From positions 1-53,587 of the forward strand of contig ADNK01001747.1 of NCBI GenBank assembly GCA_000320545.1: 53,587 bases of DNA, read 5' to 3'. The notes beneath the pieces were generated by a model, which saw nothing but the letters and a program-made list of their open reading frames with translations, was not told where the DNA came from and made no database searches. The stretch comes from Bigelowiella natans CCMP2755 (Eukaryota; Protista; Cercozoa). How positions within the stretch are numbered: position 1 is the stretch's first letter; each line of letters begins with the position of its first letter. The translations under genes were made by a program, and so were the position numbers. Shown piece after piece: positions 38,774 to 50,626 of the stretch.

Positions 38774-39430
38774 ATGGCTCTCCCAGCTCTCCTACTCGCA
38801 TCCATTGCGGTGCCCATCACTGGCCTCATTCATGACTCCTCTACCAATAACACCCTTGAAATGTAATTAGCTACCACTAGCTTTCCTCTAGACCTATGTG
38901 TCGGCGATGATGATATGATGAGCGACCATCCACATTTAAACTTCAAGGAATTTGAGCTTGATTTGCATGTGTGTTTGCATATGTGCAGATCCGCCGCCAC
39001 TGGAGATCGTGTTTACGCCAAAATGGGGATAGTCTACGGGGATGCTAGAGTCAAGAGTTACTTAGAAAAATGTGTCTTCCCTGTGTCCGCCTCTAGGGTA
39101 ATTGCTAGCTACAACTGCCCAACAGCCGATGGATGCAGAGAATATTTTGAGTTCGCGGATATGCCTTCCTTTGAAGCCCACATGACTTATTCCTGGATGA
39201 ATACGGGTAGAGATAACCGAGCGCTGATGCCAGTTATCCAAAAAGCTATGGTTAGATACGGCGCCCAATTCACTCCGGCGAACAATGCGGACAAATTGAT
39301 CTCCAGGGAGCAGTTTATGAATGAGACTGCTTCTGGGTGTACTTTAGTTCAGAGCGTGGCGCAAGATTCCTGCTGCAATGCTGGACATTGGGATCCAACA
39401 TACGATACTCTTGAGAGATGTGCTCTTTGA
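38774..39430 (+). CDS. Putative secreted Cys-rich hypothetical protein, interrupted by one in-frame TAA or an 18-nt intron (38863-38880)
   Basis: MALPALLLASIAVPITG looks like a signal peptide and is in frame with the 171-aa ORF 38915-39430. The only stop between them is TAA at 38864-38866. Confidence 0.55.
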
Positions 39431-39599
39431 GTGCTCGGGAAGAGTATTTCTTCTAACAGAGACGATTGCCTATTAAGAGGCTTTGCATTCTAATTCGATT
39501 GGGTAATGTGTGTATGTGTGCACAGCAGCAGTCAACCTGCCTGCGTTTGCCTTACGTACGAAGGACCACAAATAGTTCATCGGCTGAAATTAGTCTAAA

Positions 39600-40750
39600 G
39601 ATGGCATCTACATTAATCACGGTGCCAAAATTTTTAAAAAAATGAAAGTAAAATAAAAGTACGATAGGTGATTGATTTTTCCTTTGTTAGAGACTAGAGA
39701 GGATATCCTATTTACGACTCACACAGGGCTAGTTATTTTTGCATTTAAACGCATGCAACTTAAAAAGAGTTATCGCATTTTGGATTTTCTGTTTCTAACC
39801 TTCTCAAAACTACTTCGAAGCAGTTGTTAGCTAGTTCGCATCGACCCTAAGTTTGAACGCATAGTGTAGGTAACATATGTGCCACAAACGTAGCATGTTT
39901 TTCCATGTGTCATAGAATAATATGCACTCATAGATAACAGTTATCATCAATCATGTACCATTATTTCCGTACAATCATCATTAACGCATGCACGTGACAA
40001 TGCCTGCTAGCATGGGAGAGCACGCCTAGCTAGACATAATAATGATTACCCGCGCAAGCAATCGATGCGAGTTCAATTAAAATGAGACATGCGCACTATT
40101 GTGATCATATTTTTCTATTTGAGTGTTCCACATTTGCACGTACTAGCGTAGCGTGTCTATGTATTAGGCGGTGTGGCGATTATTGTTTTCATGTTATAAC
40201 AATCAAGGCCAATGCGACATCATTATGCAGCATTTGCGTATGCACAGTGCTAGAGTGTGCGCACGACGCGCTGCTAGCATTGCTAGATTGCACATTGATT
40301 TGCGCATACACACGTACAATGCTGGCAGAATGTAACAACACATGAACGTAATACATGCTCGATCAGCCCGATGTATCCTGTCAAAGGCATTCACAAGCAT
40401 ATGCATGTGCGCACACAAAATACATTGTAGCATGCAATGCAAATTTAAAATTGAACATCAAACCATGCACAACAATCTATAAATCATCACATGTTTACAT
40501 GCCCATGTATAGGTCAAAAATTATGTCGCATTTACGACTAGCTAGCACGTGTGTGTAGCGTATAGCGTGTCATATTGCCACAATGTGTATTTCTTTGCAT
40601 CTAGCATTTCAGTCATCATCGGACAAAACCACGCGATTTGTATGCTGGATGACCGATCTGTGGTGAAATCCATGCAATGAATGTCTAGATGTACTAGCGC
40701 TCACACTTTTATCGCGTTCTTTACCATAATCCGATAAGAATGTACAGAAG
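39600..40750. mobile_element. Probable decayed repeat/transposon-derived DNA
   Basis: Non-coding; visually rich in CATG/TGCA/CTAG; AT-rich block at 39610-39830. No termini confirmed. Confidence 0.3.
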
Positions 40751-40855
40751 ACAAAGTGGCATCGAAACTAAACGCTGGGAGAGCGCTAGCATGTCTCAGT
40801 ATAGCCAGCTTAGACTGTTCCGAAGCGGGTCGCTCTTTCTTTATCGATGTTCACG

Positions 40856-42093
40856 TCAGTTGCGGTAGATATTCAAATCTTTCTCTTCAAAGCAGCCGAA
40901 TCCAGACCCCTCGTGGCCTAGTAGCCACTCTGCTTCACTGATTACCTCTCTGGACTGCGATGTGGAGGAATAGACATGAAAACGAGACGTGTGATTGATC
41001 GCGTGTACGTTCAAAAAATCTCAACGAAAGTTCGTGCGCGTTCGACTAATTATTTACGCATTATGCATTTTTACATTTGTGATGAGCGCTGAACATTACC
41101 TCAGGGCCGTGCAACTCCGCCCGGAAACGATTTTCCTCTAGCTGTGGTCTTAGCATAGAAAGCGACCTGATGAACTCACTCTTGGGAGGCGGTAGGCGCC
41201 CCTCCTTCCGATATTGAGCTTTCCATTGAGGATACTTCAATCGAAATCGTTGTATGTGAGTTGGGAGAACATTCCGAATAAGGGAGACTGGCACTTCAGC
41301 AACCTGTCGCCTACTGGCGATTTTGGAAGAGGACAAGGCTCTGCGATTAATGTACTTATGTATACTGTTTGATCTTCCAGTCCCAGCAATTTTGTAGTTC
41401 ACTCGGTGGATTTGCGGTACTTCGCGTTGGCGGAGGGGGTATAGATGGGAAGCCGCAACTGACCTATGAGTGACCACATTACGAAATAATTGTAAGAGAA
41501 AGGATGTTTGCATCTTGTGTCGACGATGATACTTGCCCAAACTTTGAGCAGCGTATGTACGAAAATGGGTTCTAACTTAACAGCTTTGAGGCTTACTGTC
41601 GAAGTGTCGGATCCATTTGTCTCTCATCCAGAAGCGGGGGTGCATCCGTTAGAGGCTGTAAGAGCAATAAGGTTAAGTCCTTACGATTGGACAGTGCGGG
41701 GAGGGGGGGGGTGGTAAACAACAACAACAACAAAGAATCGCGTACGAACGTTTGCAGGGACATGAAACGCCTTTCTTGTGTCGGTCCATTTACAGTTGCC
41801 TCTTTAATGTGACAGATCGTAATCAGTGCCATCAGAAAGGTTCTCTATGGCAATTTTATGGACAAGATGTGATCCTTACTTGTTGACAAACCAGCGGCTT
41901 TCGAACTGATACTCCTTGAAGGCCCTGAAATCGCCTGACGCGTCGCTGTGGCCGTTCATCGGGGTCCTTGGTGTTTCCCAAGTCACGTTGGAAGCGTCTG
42001 TGGATTGAAATGATGGTGTATAGAGTTGCTATTTCGATACAGCATGCAGTTGTGAATAGGGGGGTGACTACTCGCACTAGCCGTTGATGCCAT
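40856..42093 (-). CDS. Hypothetical protein, multi-exon
   Basis: Candidate exons MASTA|..DFRAFKEYQFESRWFVN|KTFLMALITICHIKEATVNGPTQERRFMSLQTF|DLTLLLLQPLTDAPPLLDERQMDPTLR|LGKYHRRHK..ELHGPE|VISEAEWLLGHEGSGFGCFEEKDLNIYRN*, with GT-AG boundaries. No family recognised. Confidence 0.5.
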
Positions 42094-42528
42094 TTAAAAA
42101 GGATTCAAGTTTCGAAAGTCTTAAAATATGGTGAATGCCGCAAAAATAACCACCAAAAAAGCTTACATCGCAAGGTTAATTCAAGTCGTATATGAAAAAC
42201 GCGATATGCTTTGTTTTTTAGTCTGTTTTTTCGGAAGGATATTTGAATTCTCGGATGTTTTACGGGCATAATTCATCCGAAATGTCAAAGATGGCACAAA
42301 CACTTTGGTTTCGGGAAATTTGTATCAAGATATGTCTCCACAGGATAGCCAATAAATGCGATAAACATCCTAAATTTTCTTCCCGACACTGAAAAACCAA
42401 AAAATCGGCAATTCAACAGTGGAGAAACATCAGCAGCGCAGCGTGCCTGCGCGATGTCCAATCGTGATCAGTGCTTCAATGTTTCGATGCTTTCAATTAG
42501 AGCATTGCTGTCACAGCTCCTGGAGCGG

Positions 42529-44900
42529 ATGGGCTCGCCCTCCCCCGCCTCGTCCTTCGCCAACCCGCTGGAGTTCATCGTAGAGGGGCTAGCAAAGGCT
42601 TACTACCCCCTTGGATGTCTTCGATTTCTGGTGTTTTTAATATACACGCTCGTGTGTTGGGAGACGCTATACGGGAGACTGCAAGTCTTTTCCATGCGAG
42701 ATTTGAAGAGGGTTCTCCTCTTTCACCATACAATGGCTGCAACCGGTAGCGTAAGATCCAGCCCCGTTCCCCGTTCATCCTGTCACATATCTGACGCCGT
42801 TGGTTTCAGGGTTTGACGAAGGCCTCTGCCTTTCCTTCCTCTCTCGCTGTTCGCTGTTCCGTCGGCTAGTTACTCCAGGCATGTGCACGTTTTCATCTGC
42901 CACTTGATGAGCCGAACCGTCACATGAACCCCCCCCACCCCACCCCCCCCTCCTACATCCTTCATGCATACGCATAGGTTCGAGAGTGGTGCCTGCGTCA
43001 TCGAGCCTTCCTTCCCGAAACTGGCTTGTATGGCCGCTTTACATTGCATTTCTCTACACCGCGGTGACTTCGCTTCTGTCGGACGAGGACGCAGGATCGA
43101 AGCACGGCCTTCAGCTCTGCATCGTGCTATTCATCGCATGCAGCGTTATGGACTTGGGGCTGTTCTACTCGACACGCCCGGGAGATATCCTTCGCTTGCT
43201 CGCCGCGAGTGCATTTCTGCCCGAAAGCTCTGCTGCACGCACGGTCTACACGCTCTCTGCGACGCTGTACTTTTGGAGCGGCGTTTCGAAATTTGGTGGA
43301 TGGTTCCGCAATTGGACGTTCCCGTACCAGTTTCTGGTCTTCTCGCCGTTTTCCTACCCGCTTCGCTCCTGGTATCTGCACCCCGACAAGAGGCCGCGGA
43401 TGTGGGGCTCGCTGTTTGGCTTGGGAGGCGTTGTTGGGGAGATGCTGATAGGGTTTGTCCGAAACAACAGCAAAGTTTCCTTTTTTTTCATTTTCTCCAA
43501 ATTCAATTTCACCTTTTTCTCCGGAGATGTGTTCTCTCGCCCGGGCCATCGTCCCCCTTCGATCGCAGAAGATTCTGGTTTATTCGAGCGTTCACGGCAG
43601 TTGCCAGTGATTGTTCGCTCGGAGACATGGAGAAGCTGACACCCGTTCATCGCCATGTCGCATAACCATCGAACCATCGATAAGTCAACGGCGCTGCTTC
43701 GGATGTATGGTCTTCGGCGCAGCCGTTGGTTTCCATCGTAGCCTTGCCGCATAAATAGCACTGTCAAAACCCGTGTGAATTGATGCTGTTCCGTTGAAAA
43801 CGCCTTGTGATTTGTGTTCCCTCGCTACTACATCAGCTTGGGAATGCTGACGCCGAACGCGGTCGTTCAGCGCCTTTCTCTGGCCGCTTCGGTGGCGATG
43901 CACGCCTTTATCTGCATCTGTGGGATGGGGCCCTATCGCTGGAATCTAATGCAGGTCTACGTCAATCTGTGCTCGACTGCTCTTTGCCTCGGACAAGTGC
44001 AGCTCACTTCGGTAAGTATCTGCTGAACTACACTGATCGGTTTGCGCGCGATGGAATAGGTAGAGCGGTTTTGGTCGAAAAGATCAGCCCCCCCCCCCCC
44101 TTCCCCTCTTTCCTCTCAACACGTTTTAATCTCATTACGAGTGCTATTGTAGTGATGAACGAGTAGGCGTTCTGCAAATAAAAGTTGATTTAGCTCCTGA
44201 GATCATGACTCACTCATTCGCTTCATCTCACCATGCCCGCAAGGTCGACGAAGCTGTGGACATCAGCGTGATGGGCGCCCTGAGCTTTGCGTACGTAGGC
44301 GTTCTGGGCGTGCTTGTGCCCCTCATCGGCAGCTTCTCCACCACCTTGCTCGGCCGGTACTTGGGGGGGTACCGCATGGCCAACTTCCATTTCGCAGGGA
44401 ATGAGGTGCACACGTTGCTGCTTCTCCCGACCGATCGACTCCTCCCAGGCGTCGCGAAGGGCATCGATGGCACGTCGGAGGTTATGGCCTTCCCGTGGGG
44501 GGCGGATGGGATGGATGTGCGCGCCATTGTGCGCCCGTGGCTGAAGACTCACACCCCGATTCGCCTCGGAACGGCCATTTCAAAGCTGGAGATCTTGAAC
44601 ACGAAGTGGGACGAGTCGCTCGTGTCGATTCGAGACGCGTATCTTCGCATCATCTGCGAGGAGTATTTCCAACCCGGTGCGCGCGAGGGCGGAGATCCCG
44701 TTTCGCTTGTCGTTCTCACAGCCGGCACCGTGCCGTTTTGGTGTGGCGGAAGAGGGAAGCCTTTTGATCTCACGGAGATCACTTATTCAGTAGCTAGCGG
44801 TAGAGGAATTAAGGTTAAAAGCCTTCGAGAAGGAACGAGGCCATTGCCTTGGGCAAAGCTGTACAAAGACCTTGCGGATTGGAACGAGGATGGTGGGTGA
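42529..44900 (+). CDS. DUF3556-like polytopic membrane protein, multi-exon (alternative start at 42454)
   Basis: Spliced motifs LVTPGSRVVP, DLGLFYSTRPG, LYFWSGVSKFGGWF, GGVVGEML, MHAFICICGMGPYRWNL and LVPLIGSF..FHFAGN are colinear with DUF3556 motifs as recalled (RPGTIRLPP, DKTIFLAARGE, VWVGAGVSKLGRHF, GGTVVE, FHLFI..PLEWN, PILGNL..YAGN). Confidence 0.65.
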
Positions 44901-45339
44901 GGTGTGAGCTCTACGCTAACGATGGAAATTGTCATCACGAGTCGAATGTGAGAACGCGCTATGCGTGGTCGGTCATGTGAATGTGTCGGCGAGTAACATT
45001 TTTTTTTTGCCGTGCGTTGCATTCGATCTATTATGTCTCACCGTCAAAAAACCTTTCATTCATCCAAACATATTCTGCACGCATTCACGTGAGCACGTGT
45101 GCACAAATTGGATCTCTGCCATCCCCACATGCATGCATATGCACAAATGCAAACAAAAGTCATAAACTCAATGCTAGAATGACCATGTATACTTTATACA
45201 TGATATTACTGTGTCTATTCTGAACCACTCGCTAGCACTACGAGTACTGCGAGACATAGACGACAGGACGTAGATGTTCTTTCAAATGCATGAAACACAG
45301 GAGACAAAACGATATAACATAATCAATGTGGCCGCTGCT

Positions 45340-45401
45340 CATAGCTACATTAGGATGACTATTGAAAAGATTTAATCACTTTATTACATCCGTCTCATAT
45401 G
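45340..45401. repeat. Dispersed ~60-bp repeat, copy 2 (copy 1 at 6452-6516)
   Basis: catagctacattaggatgactattgaaaagatttaatcactttattacatccgtctcatatg aligns with 6452-6516. Confidence 0.8.
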
Positions 45402-45621
45402 TCAGCAGAAAGATAGAACTATAGTAGCGTACACGCATTGCTAGGAAAGTATTTGCCGCAAAGCTACTATGAATCGCTCTATGCTGTGGATTCGTGCCAT
45501 GCCACTGGTAGTCTACAATGATTATGACATAATGTCCTATCGCTCACAAATATCAGTCAGCTTCGAACAGACTCTTTGTGTGTGATCTCAAGGAGTCGAC
45601 TGAATGGGCTTATGTAGTAAT

Positions 45622-46398
45622 TTATTGAGCGCATTTATTAGTCCATTCTTCTACGGCACGGCCATACTCCTTCCGATTCTCCTTGTAGACTTTAGCACCA
45701 TCTGGCCGGAGGGAATTATCTGGGATTGGGTCTGTAAGCAAGCAGCAAATGGCTTGCAAAACTTTGGAGATGGAAAGAGAGGTGCTCCAATCACCGCCCA
45801 GAATATTCAGACAAATGTTGCCTTTTTCGTTCACGTTGCAATGGTAGATCCTGGTCGAGAATTTGATCTACGAGTTTAAAGAAAGATGCGGTTACTAACT
45901 TTTTTGGAGAGACTGGACTTGATCGCCGGATTCGCAAATATATGAACGAATACTATTCTTATAAAAATGTATTTGCTTGTTGATATTAAGACAAAATTTA
46001 TCCACTCACTTTTGGAGACTTGAATGGGTAGTGATTTGGGAACGCAATGTCGAGGAAGAAGGTGCCGTCTCAATATGGACTATCCTTTGGTCCCATAACC
46101 GTGGCTTGCCAGTGGAACATGTCCACCATTTACAGGTGCTGCAGAGCAATCTCCTGGAGCACTTTTTTCCAAATCTACCAGTTCGCTCTGGAAAAGATAA
46201 CAAGATATATCCGTGAAAAAAAATTAAGCTTGTGCAACTACAATCTTATTTTGCAGCCACGTGATTTGCAAGTACACAACGTGTTTTCTGCTTATTAGAA
46301 CTCTTAATTATGGAGAGCAAAGTTGTATTGATTAAAACTGCAGCAACACAGTGCATGCTGAAGAGGGATACCTTAATCCTTTCCAGAGTCCAAGCCAT
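45622..46398 (-). pseudogene. Ubiquitin-conjugating enzyme E2 (UBE2D/UBE2E, Ubc4/5-like) with a frameshift and a premature stop; exons 46398-46372, 46187-46010, 45867-45622
   Basis: MAWTLERIK|SELVDLEKSAPGDCSAAPVNG[+1 nt near 46123][76 protein letters not shown]. TGA at 46070-46072. Confidence 0.85.
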
Positions 46399-47032
46399 AG
46401 TCGCTTGATGTGGTTCACTTTTGACTTACGGCAAGCACGTAATCTGCTCGTACGAGGCATCCAAGAGGAGGGAGCAGTTTCAAATCGCTGTATTTTTTGT
46501 GTTGCCGTTAATTGAAATTTAGAATTTTTTATAACCCGAAAACTACTAATGGGATTATTCTTCGCTTCCAATCCCGCACTGCAGTCAAGGATGCGACAAC
46601 CGAAGACAAAGAAGTCGTCATCGGCCAAGAAATAAACGGCCATACACGGGGAAATTCATAAAGAAGAGAGCTAAAATTGAAGTCGCAAGAGAAAAAAAGC
46701 ATGCTTTTTGCTATTTAAGCCGTCGTTTATAATGATCATGCTGTTCTCCCAGAAACTTCCGGGAAAAACGCTATGCCCTTAATTTTCATTCTGCGACATT
46801 TTTATTTTTCGTTTGAAGAATAAATCCCTATGGATTTTCTCATTTTGGCATCAGGAACTACTATAAATTAAGTCTGAATTTTAGTTGAGATTTGCAACAG
46901 TGACTCCTAGAGAGACGATTCGCGCTCGTTGGGGGAAGGGGAACTTCAGCTCAAGCACTTCTAGCATAGGCTGTTTGGCATAGCCAAAGCCTTTGATTGC
47001 CGTAGCGGATTGTCCACGTTCCCTAGTTTCAC

Positions 47033-47738
47033 ATGCGATCGCCCTCCGGGGTTAATAGGAGAAGGCATGGGCACACGCCAAGGACGCCTGCAACCAGTCC
47101 TGTCACGCCAGGGACCGCTCAGTCTCTAAAGAAAGAGTCCCATGAATCAAAGAGCGACGATAAAGGAAGGAGAGAAAAGGTAAACCCTCTCATATTTCGA
47201 GAAGCGCTGTCATTCTGTTTTCTTTGTTGAACGTCGCTTGCCGATCACATGTACGGCGTTTCATAGGCAATGCCTGACATTGAGGACCAAACCCCTCCAA
47301 GTCTTGTGCTAAGGTTCGCCCCGTCCTTTTGACGACGCCATTCCCACAAACCATTAGTGCTCATATACGATACTAATTTATCTTTATCAGGCTAGTGCGG
47401 GGCGTCATTGTCTTCTTCCTGCTGGGAATCACTCTGATACGCTACCATCGGTATGCGTTATAAAACCCCACCATCTCTGTCTTACTTTGTTAACCCCCAT
47501 CATCCCTGCCTTATTTCCCACCATGAGTGCTGGTTCTCCGCAATTTTTATCGTAAAATGTTTCGCATGTAACTTCGATTGAGTCGGCCTCTAAGGAACGC
47601 TTGAGCGTTGGTTTGGTAGTAATCGAGACAGCTGTATTGATCTCGCCATCACCCGCATAGGCACGGTACTCTAACCACCTCTGAATTTGAGGAAGCCATT
47701 AAATTCCTCCAGAAGACCAAAGACCCCGGTATCAAGTT

Positions 47739-47769
<31 letters not shown>

Positions 47770-48789
47770 AGGTTGATCGAAACAAATCGACACTCTCAAG
47801 GCAGCCATGAATCATGCTAATTTAAGATCGTTTTCTACTCTTACACATACACCCATTACAATGCACGGTGCACGACTGCCTCCTGCTCATATCGGAACGA
47901 ATTACGTGCAGGGATGGGCTTGGAAAGCTATAGACCGAAGGAGAATCTCCCACCTAAGTCAGCAGATGTTCTTGGAACAACACAACCTCGAGAAGGCGTA
48001 TCATCAACATCGACTGCAGCAACATCGTCTCCGAAGCCTTCTTCCTCTTCTTCTTCCTCCTCCTCCTCCTCCTCCTCCTCACCTCCCTCCCTCCCATCCA
48101 GCCTGCTCTCCTCAGTCTCATCGTCGATCAAGAAATCCCTGTCCTCCCTTATCGCACCGGCCTCGAATAACACCATCAGATTTGGGTGAGGAGTTAGTAC
48201 ACGGAAAAACATCGTTTTGATAGAATGCTGGCCGGTTTCAATTTGCGTACACACTGCGCGCTGAAAGGCACCAAACGCTACGTAAACAAATAGTATGGTA
48301 GTCGCAGCCCTGCGCGCTGAAAGGCACCAAACGCTACGTAAACAAATAGTATGGTAGTCGCGGCTGCGGCCGCATCTATCTGCACGAATCGAGCTCGTCG
48401 CATAACCGAACTTGTTATGAAAATTGACCCCCTTTTCGCGCCATAGTCTTTCAGACCACAACTACTGGCATTTGAATTTTGACTTCCAAAAATGTCTATT
48501 TTTCTAGGGGCAGCAATCGGAAAGCTCCCTCCTCTTCGTCATCATCATCATCATCATCATCATCGTCGTCATTCCCTCCAATGCCTCAACCTGCTATCAC
48601 CTCCTGCAACGAGGCGTGGCACGTATTGAAGAAGGCCGAATCAGTCGAGTATGTGGGATTGCTATTCACCCCTTTAAAGCACGGGCACGAGAGGGGGGAG
48701 GGGGGGGGGATAGGAGTAGGCGCACTGCGGTTTTTCCCCGTGGCAAAGCCAGATATCTTCTAATTGCGAAGACAGTCACGTATTATACA

Positions 48790-48866
<77 letters not shown>

Positions 48867-49031
48867 CATGTTCGAATTGCGTTTGTGCAGGTATCATTCG
48901 AAATGCGGCGAAATGCACTTGCAAGGAGTTGTGGTGAGCTGTTGACTATCAACCGGCATTTATCCACAAAATAACACGACATTGCCTTCTGCTTTTTAAC
49001 GCTAGCCTTCGCTCCAATACGCTCTCCCTCG

Positions 49032-49079
<48 letters not shown>

Positions 49080-49778
49080 GCAATACTTAATTTTTTGTGC
49101 GCGGACGTTGGCGCCATCATTACCGTTGTCCAACCACCTTTATTGTCACCCATCATCATCATCATCATTGCTACCATTATTGTTACATTCAAAGGTTGGC
49201 CAGACGTGGGGGAAGCTGCATCGATCGAGATGGGGAGAGTGGAAGGAGCGACGATGCGACCAGTTTGCACGATGGCACGGCGACGGCAAGGTGCGGCTAC
49301 ATCCCCCCAGAAGAAACGAATGAGAACACGCAGACATATATGAGCAATGGGTTTGGAAATGCGTACGCGCGCGCGCGTGCGTTTGTGTTTGTGGGCCTGG
49401 AACATGTCAAGCCTCGCGATCTGGCAGCCTACACCGCCCTCCTGTTACACACACACACACACACACACATGCGTCGCTAATTCGTGGGGGTGTAACCTCC
49501 TCAAGACACACGCAATCCTCTTCCTCCTGTTTACGCTCTCGACGGATTTCAAACAGGGTACAAATCAATGGCACCGTGAAGAGCTCATCAGCAAGGAGAC
49601 GACCTCGACTTGTTGTGAAGCATGCAAGGTGGTGGTGGTTCTAGAATTTTCTTCCAAAATTGAAGGGGGGAGGGGCGATGGTTACGAGGACCTGGTTCTC
49701 GAGAAGGAGGAGAGATTCGCTGCGGCCGCATAGCTCAACGCATACAAATCGTATTCACATATGTATCGTTATGCTGGC

Positions 49779-49824
<46 letters not shown>

Positions 49825-49834
49825 GTGTGTCTCG

Positions 49835-49869
<35 letters not shown>

Positions 49870-50277
49870 GCGTCTAACAGGAGGCTGGGTGCTCTGCGTA
49901 TGCATCGAAGAACGGAAAGTGCTTGATGAGGAGTTCCAAGTACTCACGAGGTAGCAAGTAGTGAGTAAGTAGTAGCTCTGGCCTCACTGCATCATCGCTT
50001 CTAACCGAGAACAACAAACACGCCAAAATGCAATAAAGCCGCCTGGCAATGCCTCTGTAGCAGCACACGAACTTCTTATATCAGAGGCCGAAATATGCGG
50101 TTGCTCAATGGCGGTGCTGATGAAGATTGATATCCAACTTCCACCGCCCCGCCCCTGTCCTTGCGATTTTTAGTCGGCAGAGAAGGATTTCCTTTTCCGT
50201 GTGAGCGTTACCTATTGACCAATTGCGACCCGGACGCAAAGGTTGGACTGTAGCCGCAAATATATGTGTGTATTATG

Positions 50278-50325
<48 letters not shown>

Positions 50326-50590
50326 TATTATTAGCAATAAAGCCATACACAACCAAAGATATCCTTACAAACATGAGATGGCGTCTCTATCGGCCCTTGC
50401 GAAAAGCAAAAATTGAGCTTAACCTTCTTGACCTTGCCTCTTCTTCACTCATATGCTGGGCTGTGCGTGGTATGATAACCTTTCCAATGGCAGGGTGCTG
50501 AGACCGATGAGCTCGAATTCGACTTAAACGGTGTATATCTGCGCAAATCGGCAGGGGCAGCGAATGGAGGTGTGTCCAACATCATATTTA

Positions 50591-50626
<36 letters not shown>

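Noticed and set aside
42964-43665. 233-aa + strand ORF overlapping the DUF3556-like exon
   Set aside because: Alternative frame of a GC-rich exon; the family motifs lie in the 42986 frame.
46070-46072. TGA as selenocysteine or readthrough in the E2 gene
   Set aside because: Not at the catalytic Cys, no SECIS identified, and a frameshift lies just upstream.
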